DNA of 64,000 nt from Caldilineaceae bacterium (lineage in GTDB: Bacteria > Chloroflexota > Anaerolineae > Caldilineales > Caldilineaceae), in NCBI GenBank assembly GCA_034432375.1, contig DAOUCA010000171.1, positions 1 to 64,000 on the forward strand. The letters are read 5' to 3'. Below are positions 57,935-64,000 of the stretch, piece by piece. A program made the position numbers and the translations under genes. Each line of letters begins with the position of its first letter. Within the stretch, counting starts at the first letter, position 1. A model generated the notes under the pieces. The model saw nothing but the letters and a program-made list of their open reading frames with translations, was not told where the DNA came from and ran no database searches.

Positions 57935-60250
57935 ATGATTGATCAAGCACCAATTGGTATCGAACCCCGTGGGCGCACTCCCATCCCACGCAAAAGAGTG
58001 GGGCTACTGCTCTTTTGTGCGACAACGCTGCTGGCATTGCTTGTTCTCGTAATGGCTGGCTGGTCCGCTGTCGCGGCGCATAATCAACAGCAAGGGGTGC
58101 CAACCCAGCCCCCGTTGAGCATTCTGCCCAACGGGGTAGCGGCGGGTGATGTCGACCAGGATTCGGCCGTGCTTTGGGCCCGTGCGATTCTGCCTGGAGT
58201 CATCACCTTTACCTATCAGCTTACCCCAGGTGGCACGTCGTTAGCAGTGACACAGATTATCAGTAATGCTATGGTACCGGCGAAAGCCCTTATTACCGGG
58301 CTGGTTGCCAATACGCAGTATGTTTATACTGCCACCACCGACAGCGGTCAAGTGGGCAGCGGCACCTTCCGAACGCCAGCCGACGTTGGCACGAGCACTG
58401 GATTGCGCGTTGGCGTCAGCGGTGATTGGCGTGGTGAATTACGCCCTTACCCGGCGATTGCCAATGTGTCAGGCAAGGAGCTGGATCTCTTTATCAAGCT
58501 TGGCGACACGATCTACGCTGACTACGCCTCACCGGCAGTCCCTCTTACCCAAACGACGACGATCACCGATTTTCGTAAAAAACACAACGAGGTCTATGGG
58601 TTGCGTTACGCACGCAACATCTGGGCAGAGGTGCAGGCAAAGAGCAGCGTCCTGGCGATGCTCGATGACCATGAAGTGACCAATAACTTTGCCGGCGGTG
58701 CCACGGCCGACACCGATTCCCGCTTTCCCGAAACGACCGGCCTGATCAACGATACAGCGCTCTTTGCGCATGGCATCCAGGCTTTCGGCGAATACAATCC
58801 AATCAACACGACAGTTTACAGCAGCACTGGCGACGCCCGTACCGATGGTGAGGTCGAATTTTATCGCTATCGCACCTATGGCAGCGATGCCGCCTTCTTT
58901 GTGATCGACGCGCGTTCGTTCCGTGATGCACCTATCGCGCCCTTGAATACAGATCCCAACCAAGTGGTCATTGATAGCCTACGCTTTCTCAACGAAAGTT
59001 TCCAGGCTGGGCGCACGCTGCTGGGCACACGACAACTGGCAGCCCTCAAGGCCGATCTGCTGAAGGCCCAGGCCCAGGCCATTACGTGGAAGTTTATTGC
59101 CCTTCCCGAGCCGATCCAGAATCTGGGCCCGGCCGGCGGCGAAGATCGCTTTGAGGGCTATGCAGCCGAGCGCACCGAGCTACTCAAATTTATTGATGAA
59201 AACAAGATTACCAATGTTGTCTTTATCACAGCCGATGTGCATGGCACGATTGTCAACAATTTGACCTATCAGAATGGCGCGTTCCAGGCGCAAAATCCTA
59301 CGAGTGCTTTTGAGATTAGTACCGGTTCTGTGGCCTTTGATGCTCCCTTTGGACCCACAACCGCCGGGCTTGCCGCCACCTTAGGCTTGATCACCCCGAT
59401 CTCCTATACCCAATATCTCTCCTTGCCCGTGAGCAGCGATCTCGACAGCGTCCCCAATGATCGGGATGATTTTATCAAAGCCGTGCTCAATCAGCAGTTG
59501 ACCAATAGTGCGCTCAACTATGACCCCGTCGGCCTCGATGGTTCGCCGATCAACGCCACATTGCTCCAAGGCGACTATTTGGCGGTCCACACCTATGGTT
59601 GGACCGAATTTGATATTGCGCCAGAGACGCAGGTGTTGACGGTTACCACCTATGGCATCCCTTCCTATACGGCGGTCGATATGACCACGATGCCCAGCAA
59701 ATTGCTAACCCAAACACAACAGATCGTCAGCCAATTTCGTGTGATACCCCAAAGTGGCACCCCGCAGACGACGACCTACGAGATCTTCCTGCCGATCATT
59801 GAAAACCCACCAGCAGCTAGCAGTGCCGAGACAACCTATGGGGCCTTGGTGAGCAATGGCAATTTCAGCACTTTGGTCAAGGCGCTGGATCAAGCTGGGC
59901 TGACCAGTCTGCTAAACGCACCGAATACTCTTACGCTCTTTGCGCCCACCGATGCTGCCTTTGATGCATTGCGTAATAACTTTAATTTAACGGAAGAACA
60001 GTTACTGGGCTTGCCTGAGTTGCCAGATGTCTTACGTTATCACATTTTGGATAAAGTTCTCCGCTCCAGCACAATTGTCAATAACTTGACGGAAGTGACA
60101 TTGCAAGGCAAAGCGGTGCGCTTTGAAGTGGCTGGTAGCAGCGTGAAGATTAATGGTGCCAACCTCATCGCGACGGATGTTGAAACCACTAGTGGGTTGA
60201 TCCACGTGATCGATGCGGTGATGATTCCGCCGGCTGGGTTAACAACGTAA
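57935..60250 (+). CDS. PhoD-like alkaline phosphatase/phosphodiesterase fused to a C-terminal fasciclin (FAS1) domain; N-terminal TM/signal
   Basis: PhoD core (GDTIYADY, LDDHEVTNN). C-terminal FAS1 (TLFAPTDAAFDAL ... HVIDAVMIP). Confidence 0.8.
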   Translation: MIDQAPIGIEPRGRTPIPRKRVGLLLFCATTLLALLVLVMAGWSAVAAHNQQQGVPTQPPLSILPNGVAAGDVDQDSAVLWARAILPGVITFTYQLTPGGTSLAVTQIISNAMVPAKALITGLVANTQYVYTATTDSGQVGSGTFRTPADVGTSTGLRVGVSGDWRGELRPYPAIANVSGKELDLFIKLGDTIYADYASPAVPLTQTTTITDFRKKHNEVYGLRYARNIWAEVQAKSSVLAMLDDHEVTNNFAGGATADTDSRFPETTGLINDTALFAHGIQAFGEYNPINTTVYSSTGDARTDGEVEFYRYRTYGSDAAFFVIDARSFRDAPIAPLNTDPNQVVIDSLRFLNESFQAGRTLLGTRQLAALKADLLKAQAQAITWKFIALPEPIQNLGPAGGEDRFEGYAAERTELLKFIDENKITNVVFITADVHGTIVNNLTYQNGAFQAQNPTSAFEISTGSVAFDAPFGPTTAGLAATLGLITPISYTQYLSLPVSSDLDSVPNDRDDFIKAVLNQQLTNSALNYDPVGLDGSPINATLLQGDYLAVHTYGWTEFDIAPETQVLTVTTYGIPSYTAVDMTTMPSKLLTQTQQIVSQFRVIPQSGTPQTTTYEIFLPIIENPPAASSAETTYGALVSNGNFSTLVKALDQAGLTSLLNAPNTLTLFAPTDAAFDALRNNFNLTEEQLLGLPELPDVLRYHILDKVLRSSTIVNNLTEVTLQGKAVRFEVAGSSVKINGANLIATDVETTSGLIHVIDAVMIPPAGLTT

Positions 60251-60433
60251 TAAACACTCGGGTAGGAGTAACGAAGTTCTGCTAGATTAGCATATCCCTC
60301 CCAGCCTCCTCCAGTTTGGGGGAGGAGCCGTTGATGTCGCTGATGGCGTCACAGTTTCCTCCCCCGGCTGGAGAGACAACCTATCATTACTTGTGTGACA
60401 CTGTACTATACGCAAGTCAACTTCAAAACCGGC

Positions 60434-60487
60434 GTTTCTGACAGGAGTGTCTGACAGGCGTTTCTGACAGGAGTGTCTGACAGGAGT
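60434..60487. repeat. 4 x 13-bp tandem repeat (GTCTGACAGGAGT-like)
   Basis: Read directly. Confidence 0.7.
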
Positions 60488-60500
60488 GAAGGTGTACCCT

Positions 60501-60565
60501 GTCATTCCTGCGTAGGCAGGAATCCCAGCTGACAACCGATGGATTCCTGCCTACGCAGGAATGAC
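60501..60565. repeat. REP-like hairpin pair in inverted orientation (same unit as at 26-94)
   Basis: GTCATTCCTGCGTAGGCAGGAATC ... GGATTCCTGCCTACGCAGGAATGAC. Confidence 0.7.
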
Positions 60566-60849
60566 CGTCGGCGCTTACGCTGTGATCCTGCAAAAATCAG
60601 GGCTCCGCTAAAACTCCGCTTCTCATTCTGCTTTGAGTATAGCAGTAAGATCCGCTGTAATCCGCTAAATAAATTCACGGCTGATAAGCAAAAACGTGTT
60701 TCGGAAGCCCTTTGGGCGCGTTTGGCATCTCAGGTGCTGAATGAATTCAGCACATTTTTGTAAGATGCGCTCCCTGGCGATTCACGCTATAATAGATGGT
60801 ACCCAACCTGCGTTCCCCACTTCCATTCGCCAACCCAAAGGAGCATTCC

Positions 60850-61533
60850 ATGACATTTGCGATTGCGCGTGTTGAAAAAGCCTTTCTCAGCCCCGGCCCC
60901 CAGCCAAATGGGTTACAAGCGACGGCCGATGGCCTCTGGTGCATCGATCAGGTCGACAACAAGGTCTATTGCCAAGATTACGCCACGGGTGCCGTCACCT
61001 TTACTGCCGACACCGACACCGTCCACTCCAGTGGTATCACCTTTGGGGGCGGCTACCTCTGGATCGCCTCCACCTATGAATGTAAGATCGCCAAGCTCGA
61101 CCCCCAAACCGGCAAGACAGTCGCCAAGTATGATTCACCCGGGTCCGGCGTGGTTGCCTGGCGTCATGGCGCGGCCGATGCGCAGACAACGGGTGCCCAT
61201 GGCCTTGAGTGGAAAGATGGCAAACTCTATGTAGCCTCTCCCCCATCGCAATTTATCCACGTTATGGATCCCGACAGTTGGACCGAAACGCATCGCTTCC
61301 GCACACCGGGGCTGCGTGTCCACGGTCTCGCTTGGGGCAAGAATGGCTGGCTTTGGGTGGCGGATACCTCCAATGGCACCGTCAGCCTCTGCGATCCTAG
61401 CGACGGACGCATCTTCGAGGTAATCCGTGTCGAAGCACCAGATGAAGTCCATGGTCTCACCATCCATGATGGCGTGCTCTGGTATTGCGATGCCCACTCG
61501 TGTCAGATCGGGCGTTTACTGGTTGATGGTTAA
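60850..61533 (+). CDS. Beta-propeller protein (SMP-30/Vgb-lyase-like fold), 228 aa
   Basis: I trimmed the start to the ATG at 60850 with the RBS AAAGGAG. Repeated blade-like segments (LW.AD...G.V..). Confidence 0.55.
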   Translation: MTFAIARVEKAFLSPGPQPNGLQATADGLWCIDQVDNKVYCQDYATGAVTFTADTDTVHSSGITFGGGYLWIASTYECKIAKLDPQTGKTVAKYDSPGSGVVAWRHGAADAQTTGAHGLEWKDGKLYVASPPSQFIHVMDPDSWTETHRFRTPGLRVHGLAWGKNGWLWVADTSNGTVSLCDPSDGRIFEVIRVEAPDEVHGLTIHDGVLWYCDAHSCQIGRLLVDG

Positions 61534-61658
61534 CCTATGCGCCAGGTGCTTTGATCCTAAAGCGGGCCGGCTTGTGTTGCCCTTGCCAAGGCTGCCGGCC
61601 CGCAATATAATGAATACTCCGACCCGATCGATACGATGCTTATTTTTGAATCGCCTTT

Positions 61659-62768
61659 ATGAAGCTAATGACCGTTCGTATCTCGCCCCTGCTACACAAT
61701 CTACTCCTAATGGCCAGCGTCATTGTGATCGTTGCCGGTATGCGCGCGGCATCACCGCTATTGAGCCCACTGTTATTGGCGCTCTTTCTAGCCTTGCTGC
61801 TCTATCCTGCCTACCAATGGTTGCTCAATCGGGGCATCCCCACCTGGCTGACAGTTTCGCTGATGGTGGGGGGCATCCTTTTGGCGGGGGTCTGCATTCT
61901 CGGGTTGCTTTGGCTCTCGATTGAACAGCTGCGCACCAATATCTTTCTCTACGCTAGCCGCCTTACCGTGCAATCGATGCGCTTACAGATATGGCTAGAG
62001 ACGCTGGGCGTCGATGTACCACGGATTCTTACCCAAGAGTTGCTCAACCGTCAGTTATTAATCGGCACTACAGCTAGTTTGTTGACAACGGTAGGCTCCT
62101 TACTCTCAACCAGCTTTTTTGTCCTGGTCGCCACAATCTTTCTCCTGCTACAAGGTACCCATCTCTCGGCACGCTTTGCCGACGAGGTGGGGCCGAACAA
62201 CGTGCTCTCTGCACAAGCCTTTCAAGTGGCGCAGCGGGTAGCCCATTTTTTTTCGATTCGCGTGCGGGTCAATTTGATTGTGGCAACCGGCATTACGCTT
62301 TGGCTGCTGATCTTGGGTGTCGACCTCGCCATTCTATGGGGGATCTTGGCCTTTTTTCTTGGCTTTGTCATGTATGTCGGGCTGGCAATTGCTGCACTCT
62401 TTCCCGCCTTTTTAGCACTGGCAGAGTCAGGACCGGTTTGGGCATTGCTCGTGATCGTTGGCTTCTTTGTGATCAACGTTGGCGTCGAAAATGTGCTGGC
62501 ACCCGCAATGATGGCCCAAGGGCTGAATCTTGCTCCGGTGGTTGCGCTGGCGTCTCTCCTCTTTTGGGTTTGGGTCTTGGGCCCACTGGGCTTTGTGCTG
62601 GCAATCCCCCTCACGGTCATCGTCGTGATGATCCTGGCCAGCTATCACGAAACCGAATGGTTGTTGCCCTTATTGACCATGGAACGACCGCCAGGCGTTA
62701 CACCGCTACCAATACCCGAACCAATATCCGAACCAACCCTGGCCACCGCTGGCCCTGAACTGGAGTAA
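61659..62768 (+). CDS. AI-2E family transporter (PerM/UPF0118) membrane protein
   Basis: 8-TM topology typical of PF01594. Confidence 0.75.
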   Translation: MKLMTVRISPLLHNLLLMASVIVIVAGMRAASPLLSPLLLALFLALLLYPAYQWLLNRGIPTWLTVSLMVGGILLAGVCILGLLWLSIEQLRTNIFLYASRLTVQSMRLQIWLETLGVDVPRILTQELLNRQLLIGTTASLLTTVGSLLSTSFFVLVATIFLLLQGTHLSARFADEVGPNNVLSAQAFQVAQRVAHFFSIRVRVNLIVATGITLWLLILGVDLAILWGILAFFLGFVMYVGLAIAALFPAFLALAESGPVWALLVIVGFFVINVGVENVLAPAMMAQGLNLAPVVALASLLFWVWVLGPLGFVLAIPLTVIVVMILASYHETEWLLPLLTMERPPGVTPLPIPEPISEPTLATAGPELE

Positions 62769-62776
62769 CAGATCCA

Positions 62777-63799
62777 ATGAAAAAAGTAATCATTACCGGC
62801 CCCCAGCAAAGCGCGCTCGTCGATGTGGTGGATCCCACACCAATCGCCAATTGGGTGGTTGTCAAGGTTGAGATTGCCCCCATGTGTACCGAGTACAAGG
62901 CCTATGTCGCCGGCAACCCGGTTGACCAACTGGGCCACGAAGCCGCGGGGGAAGTGGTTGCGGTGGCGCAGCCAGGGCGCGTCAGCGTTGGGGACCGCGT
63001 CGTTGTCATGCCGACCAACGCCTGTGGCCAATGTGCGCTCTGTTTGGCTGGTGAGTATATCCACTGCGAACAGAACCTCAACTTTGCGGCGATCCACGGC
63101 ACGCGTGATGGCAGCGCCACCTATGCGCAATACCTGCTTAAACCTGACCATCTACTCGTGCCCATTCCCAATGGGATGAGCTTTGCGCACGCGGCCATGG
63201 CCTGCTGTGGTCTCGGCCCCACCTTTGGTGCGATGCAGACAATGGCTGTCAATGCCTTTGATACACTCTTGATCAGTGGTTTGGGTCCTGTCGGCCTCGG
63301 CGGCGTGATCAACGGCGTCTACCGGGGCGCGCGGGTGATCGGTGTGGAGAGCAACCCTTATCGAGCACAACTAGCACTTGCATTGGGGGCAACGACGATC
63401 ATTGATCCCACAAAGCCCGATGCCCTCGCGCAAATCCGCGATTTGACGGCCGGACGTGGCGTCGACAAAGCGATCGACTGCTCCGGCACCGTCGCCGCCC
63501 ATCGACTTTGCATTGACGCCGCCCGACGCAAAGGGAAAGTGGCCTTTGTCGGCGAGTGCAGCGACGCCACACCGCTGTATATCAGCCCGGATATGATCCG
63601 CAAAGGGCTAACCTTGATTGGCTCCTGGCATTACCGAATGCAGGAGACGCCAACCCTTATGACGCTAATTGACCACGTTGGGGCACAGATCGATCAGCTG
63701 ATCAGCCACCGGTTTTCCCTGGCCGCCGTGCAAGACGCGTGGCAGTTGCAGTTGACCGGGCAGACAGCCAAGGTGCTGTTGCAGCCGTGGCAGCTGTAG
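62777..63799 (+). CDS. Zinc-dependent alcohol dehydrogenase family (MDR superfamily) oxidoreductase
   Basis: GHEAAGEV catalytic-zinc motif, Cys-rich structural-zinc loop (CGQCALCLAGEYIHC), GLGPVG Rossmann motif. Confidence 0.85.
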   Translation: MKKVIITGPQQSALVDVVDPTPIANWVVVKVEIAPMCTEYKAYVAGNPVDQLGHEAAGEVVAVAQPGRVSVGDRVVVMPTNACGQCALCLAGEYIHCEQNLNFAAIHGTRDGSATYAQYLLKPDHLLVPIPNGMSFAHAAMACCGLGPTFGAMQTMAVNAFDTLLISGLGPVGLGGVINGVYRGARVIGVESNPYRAQLALALGATTIIDPTKPDALAQIRDLTAGRGVDKAIDCSGTVAAHRLCIDAARRKGKVAFVGECSDATPLYISPDMIRKGLTLIGSWHYRMQETPTLMTLIDHVGAQIDQLISHRFSLAAVQDAWQLQLTGQTAKVLLQPWQL

Positions 63800-64000
63800 T
63801 CCGCGCTGTGAGATTTTTCTCATTCAGACAGTTTTGACGCCCATTTACAACAATTCTCCAAAAATTTGAGGACCACCGTACTATCGACAGAGCCGCCGCT
63901 TCGGATTACCCTAAATACATGTACACAAATGATTACATACATTGGCCAAATGTTTACGTATGTGTGCATGTATGCGGAGCCGCAGCAGACCCCTTCCCAC

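Noticed and set aside
60539-60763. 74-aa ORF starting MDSCLRRND (also the 100-aa ORF at 38669-38971)
   Set aside because: The start codon and first nine residues are created by the REP element itself (ATGGATTCCTGCCTGCGCAGGAATGAC). It is an artefact of the repeat.

Overview
This 64-kb window is about 60% GC, uses strong AGGAGG-type RBSs and frequent GTG/TTG starts, and is rich in SARP-WD40 STAND regulators, so it looks like a Chloroflexota-type filamentous bacterium. Hand-derived coordinates may be off by 1-2 nt; values based on the ORF track are exact.

The left third (1-24.6 kb) holds two tandem paralogous modules. In each, a SARP(BTAD)-NB-ARC-WD40 regulator gene on the plus strand faces a divergently transcribed surface-protein gene on the minus strand.
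- Module 1 has a 3806-aa giant with TSP3 repeats and LamG domains.
- Module 2 has an 837-aa beta-propeller-repeat / cadherin-like / RTX protein.
- Both surface proteins end in a shared extreme C-terminal motif, [IL]FLPLV.
- Each is preceded by a related small or membrane protein.

The middle region (25-34.5 kb) carries:
- a flotillin/SPFH gene;
- a third secreted protein ending LLPLI;
- a small putative papain-like toxin/immunity pair;
- a 5'-truncated NACHT-FGE gene;
- a sugar-acid pair (enolase-superfamily dehydratase plus Gfo/Idh/MocA oxidoreductase).

From 34.6 to 45.7 kb lies an aromatic amino-acid supraoperon: aroH chorismate mutase, pheA, two class I-beta DAHP synthases, tyrA, aroA, aroE, a GNAT gene, trpB and trpA. 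It is preceded by an AT-rich leader with a sigma70-like promoter, a 39-codon ORF in which 9 of 11 consecutive codons are Phe/Tyr, and a strong intrinsic terminator. This is a candidate ribosome-mediated Phe/Tyr attenuator.

A second aro cluster (aroC, a P-loop kinase, an aroK-aroB fusion, aroQ) lies at 53.0-57.5 kb on the minus strand.

The intergenic spaces are full of repeats:
- a MITE family with 22-bp TIRs and 5-bp TSDs (four copies);
- a REP-like palindromic hairpin (five copies, two as inverted pairs);
- a GACAAGATGA decamer satellite that the MITEs insert into;
- CAATTG-centred AT-rich palindromes, some bracketing a four-helix-bundle (23S-IVS-type) gene.

No rRNA, tRNA or CRISPR arrays were recognised.
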